A stretch of DNA of 64,000 bases, from contig NW_026782192.1 of the NCBI RefSeq assembly GCF_031769215.1, positions 496,001 to 560,000 on the forward strand. Direction: 5' to 3'. Shown piece after piece: positions 1 to 18,800 of the stretch (the stretch's first letter is position 1; every line of letters begins with the position of its first letter). The notes under the pieces were generated by a model, which saw only the letters and a list, made by a program, of their open reading frames with translations, was not told the origin of the DNA and did not search any database. This DNA comes from Ylistrum balloti. Taxonomy: Eukaryota. The position numbers and the translations under genes were made by a program.

Positions 1-64
1 CTGTACATATCCTTCCCTGTAATGTCAGACTGTACATGTCCTTCCGTATAATGTTTGGCTGTAT
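1..64. repeat. Degenerate 29-bp tandem repeat at the window edge (~2.2 copies)
   Basis: CTGTACATATCCTTCCCTGTAATGTCAGA followed by CTGTACATGTCCTTCCGTATAATGTTTGG; may continue upstream of the window. Confidence 0.55.
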
Positions 65-1136
65 CTGTTCTATGGATTTGAAGATCTGAGAGAAACTTTT
101 TATGATTACACATAGAAATACCGCCGAATGTTTACTTTTTCAGAAACACAATCGATTTTCTATAGAATGCCTATATATGTTACCCTAATTCAGATAAACT
201 GTGTGTCAATATGTAATTTCGATATATTTGTCTATCTGAGAACATTGCATTGTCCGTTTAGTAGACCCGTTATATTACATTCATCTCGAAAGTTTTAAAA
301 CGAATACCTAGGTCTGTCCTTCAAGCCTTGTATTTTTGTGTGTATAACAATAGGCTGTAATATGAAATAGTATTAGTTTATCAAGCCAACAAGTGATATT
401 CCACTTGTTATCATCCGTGAAAAACAATAACTTATTAACGTTCTATTTATAGCTGTTTTTCCTGTTTAAGTGTAAGATATCTCGTTATATTTGGATCGGT
501 TTGTTTCACATTAAGGTTTCTGTTCATGGTAAATCATAACGACATAGAGATTTGAAAAAAAAATGTAGACTGTTAAAAACGTGTTTACATTTTCTTCTGT
601 TGTGTATACAGCGTGTAAAGTATCTAGATTTCAGGTAGAAACTTGTTTCTTTTCTTATTTTGTACAATTGATAATTTGTATTAAAAAATGCAATTATTTT
701 AATTAAAAAGTCATCAAACGATTATATTTTCGTGATAAAAGGAACTTATGTTAATTTTTCACATTGTTTCAATTACAAAGTCTACGAACTTTTTATATTT
801 ATTTTCCACAATGTTTCTATTTTAAAGTCTATGGAAGAACTCGACCTTATCTAAATCTTTCTATTCCTTTAAGGTGAAAGAAAACTTTATTATTAGTGAT
901 TCGGTTTCAATTAATTTGAGAACGTAAGCAGTTCCACTTGGCATTATGCAATCCGTCCAAACGGCCCCTTTGTTTCGTTTCCATATATACACTGTGTTGA
1001 CTACCAGAGAGGGATATAGTTGATCCAAATCTGGACATAGGCATTGACCAGTAAGCAGTTCTGGATTAACACTAAGTAATGAAAAATCTTTAGAAATCAG
1101 AGCAGGGTTTATCTTAAGTATTAGCTAATTCTGTTG

Positions 1137-1199
1137 AACCACCGAGAGCGGTAAGCGAAGCGTGATCTGACGACTTAGTACCAACGCTTTCGTATAAAA
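1137..1199 (+). promoter_or_regulatory. Copy 1 core promoter: AACCACCGAGAGCGGT motif and TATAAAA
   Basis: TATAAAA at 1193-1199, ~95 bp before the ATG; the 16-mer at 1137-1152 matches the copy 2 promoter at 14/16. Confidence 0.6.
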
Positions 1200-1289
1200 G
1201 TCCGAGGTGCCCCGCACAACACAACAGTACGGAGTAAATACACGACACATTCACACGGTTTAGAACGACAGACAGCGCCAACTAACAAA

Positions 1290-3604
<2,315 letters not shown>

Positions 3605-3760
3605 ATACCCGAAACTCTGGAACTCTATAGACCTGATTTCAAAGCTTGGTTATAACATCTAGTCAAAACTTTCGTCAGAATTTTGATCTCCGGATTGAAT
3701 ATATTTTGTTATGTTTAAGAAAAGATTTTGAAATAATGGCGATTTGATTTACAAGCCTGG

Positions 3761-3766
3761 ATTAAA
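3761..3766 (+). terminator. Candidate poly(A) signal ATTAAA, copy 1
   Basis: ~155 bp after the stop, followed by a GT/T-rich stretch (GTGTTTTTGTTTCTG). Confidence 0.4.
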
Positions 3767-3936
3767 AAATGTGCAAAAATATAGTGTTTTTGTTTCTGTT
3801 TAAGATTGAAGACTTTAATCCTCTTTTATAGCAATTAACTTCATGTTGAGAACGTTTAATGAACTAAACTACTCTGAAATGATCCTAAAAGTTTGATTGT
3901 TGATATTTTTATTGGTTTTGGAATATTTAATTGTTG

Positions 3937-4145
3937 AATAATCAACTCTAGGGTCATTTCCGTTAAAGTTCAATAATCAGCTCTAGGGTCATTTCCGTTA
4001 AAATTCAATAATCAGCTCTAGGGTCATTTCCGTTAAAGTTCAATAATCAGCTCTAGGGTCATTTCCGTTAAAGTTCAATAATCAGCTCTAGGGTCATTTC
4101 CGTTAAAGTTCAATAATCAGCTCTAGGGTCATTTCCGTTAAAGTT
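3937..4145. repeat. 35-bp minisatellite, ~6 copies
   Basis: Unit AATAATCAGCTCTAGGGTCATTTCCGTTAAAGTTC. Confidence 0.95.
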
Positions 4146-4928
4146 ATTATCATGCTGTTCTCATATATTTAACTTAAAATTAAAGCTCTGTTCATATTGA
4201 AAACAAGATCAATTGACATGTACTACACATTTTAGTGACCTGGTTTACCTCAATCCTGTGACCTTGTTACAGAGATCAAGTTTAACACGTTTGACTTCTA
4301 ACACAGTGAATTATATTGGACAGTACAGAGGAAAAATGACCTACCTGCAAATTTTCAAAATAGATTCAAACTCAATGTAAATTATCTATCACGTGTTATG
4401 TATTGATTTATCAAAACATTGCTATCTGTCTATATGTTTTAGTATCTAATATATACACAGATTTATATCGACCAAAATAATCACTATAAAAACTTCAAAA
4501 TCAAAAAAGAAATCACTCAATTCCAATCAAGATTATTGACTGTCATTTGTCTTTTACATGTTATTTTATACATTCAAAATCTGACACAAATGAATTTAAA
4601 TCAAATTCAGATAGCGGAAAGCACCAAAGTTTCCCGATATAACAGGAAATCTGCCTAACTTGTCATTTCCTGTTTTATTTTGTTTCGTTGTTTTTAAATC
4701 ATCAATTATATGGGTTTTTAAACCATTAATATAAATGTTTAACATGTTTACTGTAATTATAAAGACAAACATGAGTTTTTGATTCTAAATGAAAGCTCGA
4801 AGAAATATTTTGCATTTTACCCAGTCAAGTCGGAAATTATAAATCTTTTTTTATGAGAGAAGTGTCAGCCACTCAGCTTTTCAAGGATGTTTACATGTTC
4901 ATTTTCTTGTTTCTTTTCAATGTCTTTG

Positions 4929-5059
4929 ACTGTTACAAAATATACATTGACGTATGACCATCGTGTTCTCACTAGAAGTAAACTTAAAACTGTTACAAAA
5001 TATATATTTACGTATGACCATCGTGTTCTCACTAGAAGTAAACTTAAGACTGTTACAAA
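4929..5059. repeat. 60-bp tandem duplication, ~2.2 copies
   Basis: ACTGTTACAAAATATA...ACTAGAAGTAAACTTAA repeated at period 60. Confidence 0.9.
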
Positions 5060-5899
5060 TTTTATTTTTTTGACATACGTACGCTTCATTCACATAATTA
5101 TATAAAGTGGAAAATCTACTGATTTCAATACGACAACTAAGCATCGTTCTGATATGTCGATTAACAATTTATAATATATCATGAAAGTACAATGATGATA
5201 ACAGTACTACGGAGTAGATAGCGATTGACATCACTGTATTGGTGGTATAAGGTTTCATTCAGGTCATAATTTCTTTCGTCATGTTGTTTCATTCAGTAGT
5301 CGGACCCATGTAATGTATTACCCCCTGCCTATCGTGACGTAGGGGTTAGTTAATGAAATGACGTCACATCTTTACAGATTACATTGTGACGTCACAATAA
5401 AGACCAATGTGGCCAGTAGAACTACAAGTGAGACATTAAGTAGGTATGTTTATTTACTAAACTGTTTGACAACGTTATAAGAAGGATCAGATTTTTTTTA
5501 AATTTCATATTTGATTTATAAAACTTCATTTTAAACTTTAGCCAAGGACTCGTTAGCAATCTTAGACTCATATACCACATGTATGAAATGGAAATTCGTG
5601 AGAAAAGATCATATGTAGATATAAAAATGTGAACATATATTGATTTCAGTCTATCCTATAGCCGGTGGGAGTATCTTTGGTAATTTTGGTCTTTAATTTG
5701 TTTACCATCTCGTCACACTATTTTCGACCTTAGTGTACACAGGATTTAGTACAGTCAAAAAAGCTTGTCAATTTCCTTACCGTCCCGAACACTAGTGCCA
5801 GTACACTTCATACTGGTCATCTGCCTTATGACGGTGGCCATGTAGTCATCGAAACTTCACACACCAATATTCTAATGGTTTTGTTTTTAAAAAAAACTT

Positions 5900-6545
5900 C
5901 TACCCGGCGGGAGTGTGATGTTGACGATCAAAAATGTCGGGCGGGACATTTCTGATCGTCAACCTCACACTCCCGCCGGACATTTCTGATCATCAGCCTC
6001 ACACTCCAGCTGTACATTCCTCACCGTCAACCTCACACTCCCGCCGGACCTCACACTCCCGCCAGACATTCCTCACCGTCAACCTCACACTCCCGGCGGA
6101 CCTCACACTACCGCCAGACTTTCCTCATCGTCAACCTCACACTCCCGCCAGACATTCCTCATCGTCAACCTCACACTCCCGCCAGACATTCCTCATCGTC
6201 AACCTCACACTCCCGCCGGACCTCACACTACCGCCAGACATTCCTCATCGTCAACCTCACACTCCCGCCAGACATTCCTCATCGTCAACCTCACACTCCC
6301 GCCAGACATTCCTCATCGTCAACCTCACACTCCCGCCAGACATTCCACATCGTCAACCTCACACTTCCGCCGGACCTCACACTCCCGCCAGACATTCCTC
6401 ATCGTCAACCTCACACTCCCGCCGGACCTCACACTCCAGCTGGACATTCCCCATCGTCAACCTCATACTCCCGCCTGACATTTCTAATCATCAGCCTCAC
6501 ACTCTAGCTGGACATTCTTCACCGTCAACCTCACACTCCCGGTAG
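5900..6545. mobile_element. Foldback-like element: one inverted unit followed by a C-rich 34/18-bp array
   Basis: 5904-5938 is the reverse complement of 5945-5979 (33/35). Array unit ACATTCCTCATCGTCAACCTCACACTCCCGCCAG with 18-bp variants. Ends CTACC... and ...GGTAG are inverted. No target-site duplication seen, so the array is certain but the mobile-element status is inferred. Confidence 0.45.
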
Positions 6546-6656
6546 GTGTGGGTGGGGGTGGGGGTGTGGGTGGGGGGGTGGGGGGGGGGGGGGGTGTTGG
6601 AGGGGGGGGTTGCGTGTGTCTGTGAGAGTGTGTGTGTGTCTGTGTGTGTCTGTGTG
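6546..6656 (+). repeat. Poly-G/GGGT tract followed by (TG)n microsatellite
   Basis: Many G3+ runs at 6546-6609 including a long pure-G run; TG/TC dinucleotides at 6610-6656. Confidence 0.9.
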
Positions 6657-7502
6657 AAAAACACTATAGTGACACAATAAATAATTTATGTCCCGAAATT
6701 TTCGTTAATGCTTGATGTTTATTTTGTAATAAACATGATATCGAACAACGTCATAGGATAAGTATATCACGAGGTGTCTGTCAACCTTACACACTCCCTT
6801 CTGGGGTAGCTGTGCTTTCTAATTAATTAGTTGGGGAAGTATTCTACAGTAGATAACGATAAAAAAAAGAGGTAAAAACATGATTCATCAGGTCAAATGT
6901 TGAAATAATTTAAAATACATTAGACGTAATTGAATATCGCATTAATGATAGCACAAAGGTGAAGGTGAATATCGTAAAACATATTAATCCTCTTACATAT
7001 ATATTATACACTACCACACGTACAGCAACTATTGTATGTGGTGTAAAACTTCATAAGTAGATTTAGATAAGGGGTTTATTTCGGACGTACCTCTTTGGTT
7101 TATTTTCTGGTTGGACTCATAATTTCTAATCCAAATAAAGTCGGATTAAAACAGCTTTCTATAAGCCTGTATTAGGAACAATCGATATCGGTGAAACTGT
7201 TTGTTAGAACTATTGTGTTGGTCTGGAGTCACATTAGAAGTTTATACAAATGTACTGAAGGACTGCATGTCTCTCTACTCTGAGACTATCACAGCTCAGT
7301 GTCTTCAATTGTAATCGATATTAATGTTCCGTTAGACACTAATAGTAGATAAAAGTGTTTTTGTCTGCCGCGTGTAGACAGAAACGTCTCCACTCTCATA
7401 CCCTTACCCTCAGCCAATCACGACCCTCTATCCCAATCCCTACCCCCACCCCGACTCTCTGCCCCAAACGTCTATCCTTACCTTCACTCCGACCTCAAAG
7501 AT

Positions 7503-8412
7503 CCCCCACCCCCTCTTCCAGTTATATACCTATAGCGGGTTCTGGGCGCCCCACCCCCTCTTCCAATTATATACCTATAATGGGTTCTGCCCCCTCCCCC
7601 TTCCAATTATATACCTATAATGGGTTCTGGGCGCCCCACCCCCTCTTCCAGTTATATACCTATAATGGGTTCTGCCCCCCCTTCCAGTTATATACCTATA
7701 ATGGGTTCTGCCCCCCCCCTTCCAGTTATATACCTATAATGGGTTCTGCCCCCCCTTCCAGTTATATACCTATAACGGGTTCTGCCCCCCACCCCCGCTT
7801 CCAGTTATATACCTATAACGGGTTCTGCTCCCCCACCCCCCTTCCAGTTATATACCTATAATGGGTTCTGCCCCCCTTCCAGTTATATACCTATAACCCC
7901 CCAACCCCCCCATCCCCCTTTCCAGTTATATACCTATAACGGGTTCTGCCCCCAACCCCAACCCCCCATCCCCCTTTCCAGTTATATACCTATAACGGGT
8001 TCTGCCCCCCCACCCCCTCTTCCAGTTATATACCTATAATGGGTTCTGCCCCCCCCCCTTCCAGTTATATACCTATAATGGGTTCTGCCCCCCCCTTCCA
8101 CTTATATACCTATAATGGGTTCTGCCCCCCCTTCCAGTTATATACCTATAGTGGGTTCTGCCCCCCCCCCCCTTCCAGTTATATACCTATAATGGGTTCT
8201 GCCCCCCCCTTCCAGTTATATACCTATAACGGGTTCTGCCCCCCACCCACCCCCCTTTCCAGTTATATACCTATAACGGGTTCTGCCCCCCACCCCCTCT
8301 TCCAGTTATATACCTATAATGGGTTCTGCCCCCCACCCCCTCTTCCAGTTATATACCTATAATGGGTTCTGCCCCCCCCCCCTTCCAGTTATATACCTAT
8401 AAAGGGTTCTGG
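7503..8412. repeat. ~39-46-bp C-rich minisatellite with variable poly-C, ~21 copies
   Basis: Core CTTCCAGTTATATACCTATAA(T/C)GGGTTCTGCCCCC. Confidence 0.95.
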
Positions 8413-8885
8413 GTGGTAAGACATTTCGTCTCCCCATGGAATCCATACTTCTGGTCGTAAACATTCATTGAAAATCAATTTTCTTTTCACGGTCGACACT
8501 GATCGATATTCCCTTTGGTAAGTATAGGGTTAATTGATTAACAAATGTTATTCTGTTTCGACCGAACGTAAAGTTGTGTTGAATAGATCTGACAGTGACG
8601 TAAATTTACATTATATAGGGGTACATTATTATAATTCTGTACACGAACTAACATGAAATAGAACGTTCAATATTTATACAGGAGAGCTATTGTGTGTTGT
8701 ACTGTGGGATTGGTGGGAACCATTCTAATTCAGTACGTACCTAGAAACTAAGGCCTCTTAAACAGTGGCCCTGTGTATTGCTATTGTGTTGTAAATGGAG
8801 ACCATGCAATCTTTCTACTTTTGTTCGGAGAAATAAAAATGACAGAATACAGAATAAGTAGATCGTCTATTGAATGAAGGAATCC

Positions 8886-9160
8886 GAGGTAGGGGATTTC
8901 ATCTATAGCACGATAGATATATAGACTAAAAGTACGGATGTTATCTGAAGAATGAGGGACCCCGGGGGAGGGAATTTCGCTTATAGCACGATAGATATAT
9001 AGACTAACGAGTAGGGATGTTATCTTAAGAATGAGGGACCCGGGGTAGGGGATTTCATTTATAGCACGATAGATATATAGACTATTTAGTAGAGATGTTA
9101 TCTTAAGAATGAGGGACCCGGGGTAGGGGTTGGGGATGTTATATTAGGAATGAGGGACCT
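8886..9160. repeat. 78-bp tandem repeat, ~3.3 copies
   Basis: ATAGCACGATAGATAT recurs at 8905, 8983 and 9061. Confidence 0.9.
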
Positions 9161-9385
9161 TGGGTTAGATGTCATGTCTTGTATGAGGAACTCTGGAGTA
9201 CGTGATTTATCTATAGAATGACATCCTCTCGAGTATTGGATTGAAAAGGGGATTTGGAGGCAAATATTCTAAGAGTTCCAGAGTAGGGGATATGTGTTCT
9301 GTAAATAAAAGAATTATAAAAATAGCCAAAATTTTAAACATGTTATTGTTAAATGAATGATTTGTGTCCGTGTTTGTTTCTTTGG

Positions 9386-9395
9386 TTTTTTTTTT

Positions 9396-9454
<59 letters not shown>
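9386..9454. repeat. Poly-T plus (GTT)19 microsatellite
   Basis: T run 9386-9397, then perfect GTT repeats 9398-9454. Confidence 0.95.
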
Positions 9455-10225
9455 AAAGCGGTGTGTTGATTACTGTACAGATATATGTATTGTATATATA
9501 TGATCAATGAAATAATAATAACGACAGTACGGACAAGCGAATCATCAAATTTTCGAGGCAACCTGTCCCTTTATCAAGACAAAAAATATTACATAGATTA
9601 CATCACATACATAGAACATAAAGAAACACACACACACACATATATATACAGGGAGAACATTTGTATCACAGCGAGTGGCTCCAATGTAATATGATCAAAA
9701 TTGCTGATTCAACATTGATTCGATCAGGCACCTCCCTCTATCCCTTTTGAAACCCATCCAGTAAACTTGGACAAACACCAACCAAGGCCAACCCCATCAT
9801 TTCCAGAAATTTCCTCATGTAGGTGATCGCACGTTTGATGTACATTTGAAAGTAAAGATAAAAATAAATGGACATTCCATATCAATTGCTATTGCCATCA
9901 GCTGAAGTAGCAATTATCCTTTATATAATTATTTGTTTGACACGTGTACGTGAACAGTCATAAACATAGTCATACTATCGATTGTCGGTTACCACGGACC
10001 TGAAAGTTATTGTTTGTTGATCACAACCTAGCAACAGCGGATGATTATCTATTAAACACTTTCTCTTCTTTATGATGGGCTGAAAATATGTTATAAAAAA
10101 AATGTATCGTCATTTTTGTAAAGTATATGAATGTAATACTTGAGATTTTGTTAGTTTTAATCGCATCCTGAATGGTTTGTTTTAACAATATTGAGGTAGA
10201 AAATAATCCCTCCTGCGCTTAACAA

Positions 10226-10285
10226 CCAATGAGAGCGGTTCGTCACGGCGGATGGATAAAATTGTGCTCTTACTGGGTTTAAATA
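10226..10285 (+). promoter_or_regulatory. Copy 2 promoter: CCAAT-N17-GCGGATGG plus TATA-like TTTAAATA
   Basis: CCAAT 10226-10230, GCGGATGG 10248-10255, TTTAAATA 10278-10285. Confidence 0.65.
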
Positions 10286-10367
10286 CCGCATGCTTCTCAT
10301 TTATCAAACAGACGTCGACTTTTCACGGGAGTTGGAGAGAACGAAAGCACATACACACTAAACCAAA

Positions 10368-13560
<3,193 letters not shown>

Positions 13561-13744
13561 ATGAAAAAAAAACTTTTCTAAAAACAACTTCATTAAAATA
13601 ACATCAAAAGAAAGCTGTCCATTCCCATCTAGCTTTCAAGCGATGACCACAACCACCTACATACTCAGCAGGTGCCCGTTCAGACCTGTTACAGTATTTT
13701 ATTTATTTTGTTACGTTATTGGTGAAATGAAAACCAACAAAAGC

Positions 13745-13750
13745 ATTAAA
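13745..13750 (+). terminator. Candidate poly(A) signal ATTAAA, copy 2
   Basis: Followed by a T-rich tract; an alternative AATAAA lies at 14095-14100. Confidence 0.35.
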
Positions 13751-15841
13751 AGTCAAAACTATGATTTTTTTTTGTTTCTTTGTTCATTATTCAAAGGCTG
13801 TTTCCCGCTAAACATACCAAGTCCCAAGACCTGTTAACAGGTTTCCCTTTCGAACGGATAACTGCTTGTATTGTTAAAATATATGGGTGGTATGTCTTTT
13901 AAAACAGTTTTGGAATGGATAACTGTCTACTGGAAACAGCCTTTGTGCATTTTTATTTATTTTCGTTTAAAGAATTCAGACAGGAGTTAGGATATGACTG
14001 ACATGAAGTATTGTAACATACATAAATGATCAGACAAGGTCCATACTTGTCCTACAAAACGTGTCTAGTAATAATGGACACAAAATTATTTATAAATAAA
14101 TTTGTTTCTAGTAATCTATTGTTTTGATGACAAACTTGGATATATAATGGTTGCCTACCTAAGTAAAACGTAAATAAAAAGTATATATATATATAATGAG
14201 GACATTTCTGATCCGTAAAGTATTACCATTCACATCGAATCCTCAAACATTTTACAATTAAATCTGCTATCGCAGATCAGAAATGTGTACAGGACACCGA
14301 GAAATCTTTCTAATATATATTTGTGTATAACGTATATTGACAAATAAATCTTTATTTCTTGGAAAACTAATCACTTGTCATCAGCAAGTTTTATATTTTC
14401 ATGTAAACGTGAATAACTATTTATATATCGTATATATGGTAATAAAACCACTTTATATCTGTAAAGTACGATCTTTAAAGGACACAGCACTGCTAATATT
14501 TAGTACTAATCAAAGTTACAGATTACATGTTGAAGGAATCAAAAATTATATTGACATCTGAAATTTACAAAGTGACCACATCTCTTTATATATTAAATTC
14601 CAACTGATAATGACCATAAACTTTACAAATATAGATATAATCTCTGTGTATGTCTTGAAACATGATTACGATTGTAAACAGGCTGTGAGTGAATCTCTGG
14701 ATTAGTATGACGGCAAATCACATTTTTTACTGCTAAATCAATGTAAATCATAAAAGTGACAGAAAATACACAGTATTTTATTTAAACCAGATAATTACAT
14801 TTATATTTCCTTCTCATATTTTACAATGAAATATGTTTTATTTTAGATTCCAAACAATTTTTATGACGCTGCATAAAATCATTTAAATTCTGCAACAGAC
14901 ACGAGTTGACCACCTTTTGTTGTCCTGGAACGATCAGATAATTACAACAATTTGAACCATTCTTTTTTGTGATATTTTCAATGATACAAGTTCACGAAAC
15001 AGTATTTATTGTTTTACCTTTCACTATCAAATAACAATTAACAATTTTATTGATATATCTTTACAAATACGATACAGCGATCTACAATTTATATTCAGTA
15101 AAAGTAACACAGTATCCCGTGTGATTAGCCAGAGTGATTTATCATATAGATATAATTTTGATAAACTTATAATTATTTAGGGGAACATACATAATTATTT
15201 CATTTATGAAGAAACATAACTTTTTTAATAAAGAGACTTTTTTGAGATATGATATTTTCAATGATACATACTGTCTGATAATTATTTAAGACGATAAACA
15301 ACTCTCATTTTACAATGTCGTAACGAACATGTTTCAGCGGGGATTTTTCAAAATTTGAGATAGATAAAATGGATTCATTTTTGTATAAATTGATAGGATT
15401 GCGGTCATATTTCCGTTTCAAGATCACCAGAATACGAAGAATGATTTCTAGAGATTTAAGGGAAAAGATTTTGTTGAAATTCAATAACTTGAGAATATCT
15501 TTGTTGTACATTTCTAGTTTACATCTTCAATATCGTAAAAAAAACGTAAACAATTCGGCCAATAGATGGACGCGATTAGCTCCTACGGGTATATCAATTA
15601 TCTGATAGCAGTCAACAATTTGTCTTATTGTCTACCACAAAGTCAATTACTTCCATAATGTTTAATGACATTAAATATAAACTACTTCATTGACTAGTTG
15701 TGTGTGACACTTTCTACTTTAGCAAATACATCAATGTTAATGGTGTTGTCAAGTTTCATGATCAAGGATAATATCGGTGACGTGTTGTATTCAAATGAAC
15801 AGAAAAGTTCACTATGTCTATTGGATATACTATGACCAAAT

Positions 15842-18800
15842 CAGTGACAAGTACACTCTTCTACATCAAACTCTAACATGTCTTAATTATACAGTGACCA
15901 CGCTGTACACTCTTCTACATCAAACTCTAGCCTGTCTTAATTATACAGTGACCACGCTGTACACTCATCCACATCAAACTCTAACTCATGTCTTAATTAT
16001 ATACAGTGACCACGCTGTACACTCTTCTACATCAAACTCTAATCTGTCTTAATTATACAGTGACCACGCTGTACACTCTTCTACATCAAACTCTAACCTG
16101 TCTTAATTATACAGTGACCACGCTGTACACTCTTCTACATCAAACTCTAATCTGTCTTAATTATACAGTGACCACGCTGTACACTCATCTACATCAAACT
16201 CTAACATGTCTTAATTATACAGTGACCACGCTGTACACTCTTCTACATCAAACTCAAGCCTGTCTTAATTATACAGTGACCACGCTGTACACTCTTCTAC
16301 ATCAAACTCAAGCCTGTCTTAATTATACAGTGACCACGCTGTACACTCTTCTACATCAAACTCAAGCCTGTCTTAATTATACAGTGACCACGCTGTACAC
16401 TCATCTACATCAAACTCTAACATGTCTTAATTATACAGTGACCACGCTGTACACTCTTCTACACTCTTCTACATCAAACTCAAGCCTGTCTTAATTATAC
16501 AGTGACCACGCTGTACACTCTTCTACATCAAACTCAAGCCTGTCTTAATTATACAGTGACCACGCTGTACACTCTTCTACATCAAACTCTAATCTGTCTT
16601 AATTATACAGTGACCACGCTGTACACTCATCCACATCAAACTCTAATCTGTCTTAATTATACAGTGACCACGCTGTACACTCATCCATATCAAACTCTAA
16701 TCTGTCTTAATTATACAGTGACCACGCTGTACACTCTTCTACATCAAACTCAAGCCTGTCTTAATTATACAGTGACCACGCTGTACACTCTTCTACATCA
16801 AACTCTAATCTGTCTTAATTATACAGTGACCACGCTGTACACTCTTCTACATCAAACTCTAACCTGTCTTAATTATACAGTGACCACGCTGTACACTCAT
16901 CCACATCAAACTCTAGCCTGTCTTAATTATACAGTGACCACGCTGTACACTCTTCTACATCAAACTCTAATCTGTCTTAATTATACAGTGACCACGCTGT
17001 ACACTCTTCTACATCAAACTCTAACACTGTCTTAATTATACAGTGACCACGCTGTACATCTACATCAAACTCTAACCTGTCTTAATTATACAGTGACCAC
17101 GCTGTACACTCTTCTACATCAAACTCTAACCTGTCTTAATTATACAGTGACCACGCTGTACACTCTTCTACATCAAACTCTAACCTGTCTTAATTATACA
17201 GTGACCACGCTGTACACTCTTCTACATCAAACTCTAACCTGTCTTAATTATACAGTGACCACGCTGTACACTCTTCTACATCAAACTCTAACATGTCTTA
17301 ATTATACAGTGACCACGCTGTACACGCTGTACACTTCTACATCAAACTCTAATCTGTCTTAATTATACAGTGACCACGCTGTACACTCTTCTACATCAAA
17401 CTCTAATCTGTCTTAATTATACAGTGACCACGCTGTACACTCTTCTACATCAAACTCTAACCTGTCTTAATTATACAGTGACCACGCTGTACACTCTTCT
17501 ACATCAAACTCTAACCTAATTATACACTGTCTGTCTTAATTATACAGTGACCACGCTGTACACTCTTCTACATCAAACTCTAATCTGTCTTAATTATACA
17601 GTGACCACGCTGTACACTCTTCTACATCAAACTCTAATCTGTCTTAATTATACAGTGACCACGCTGTACACTCTTCTACATCAAACTCTAATCTGTCTTA
17701 ATTATACAGTGACCACGCTGTACACTCTTCTACATCAAACTCTAACCTGTCTTAATTATACAGTGACCACGCTGTACACTTATCCACATCAAACTCTAAC
17801 CTGTCTTAATTATACAGTGACCACGCTGTACACTCTTCTACATCAAACTCTAACCTGTCTTAATTATACAGTGACCACGCTGTACACTCTTCTACATCAA
17901 ACTCTAATCTGTCTTAATTATACAGTGACCACGCTGTACACTCTTCTACATCAAACTCTAATCTGTCTTAATTATACAGTGACCACGCTGTACACTCTTC
18001 TACATCAAACTCTAATCTGTCTTAATTATACAGTGACCACGCTGTACACTTTTCTACATCAAACTCTAACCTGTCTTAATTATACAGTGACCACGCTGTA
18101 CACTTTTCTACATCAAACTCTAATCTGTCTTAATTATACAGTGACCACGCTGTACACTCTTCTACATCAAACTCTAATCTGTCTTAATTATACAGTGACC
18201 ACGCTGTACACTTTTCTACATCAAACTCTAACCTGTCTTAATTATACAGTGACCACGCTGTACATTCATCCACATCAAACTCTAACATGTCTTAATTATA
18301 CAGTGACCACGCTGTACACTCTTCTACATCAAACACTAATCTGTCTTAATTATACAGTGACCACGCTGTACACTCTTCTACATCAAACTCTAACCTGTCT
18401 TAATTATACAGTGACCACGCTGTACACTCTTCTACATCAAACTCTAACCTGTCTTAATTATACAGTGACCACGCTGTACACTCTTCTACATCAAACTCTA
18501 ATCTGTCTTAATTATACAGTGACCACGCTGTACACTCTTCTACATCAAACTCTAATCTGTCTTAATTATACAGTGACCACGCTGTACACTCTTCTACATC
18601 AAACTCTAATCTGTCTTAATTATACAGTGACCACGCTGTACACTCTTCTACATCAAACTCTAATCTGTCTTAATTATACAGTGACCACGCTGTACACTCT
18701 TCTACATCAAACTCTAATCTGTCTTAATTATACAGTGACCACGCTGTACACTCTTCTACATCAAACTCTAATCTGTCTTAATTATACAGTGACCACGCTG

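Noticed and set aside
7375-8432. AGACAGAAACGTCT and AGACATTTCGTCT as inverted termini around the C-rich array
   Set aside because: Short, gapped match with no target-site duplication; cannot be distinguished from chance.
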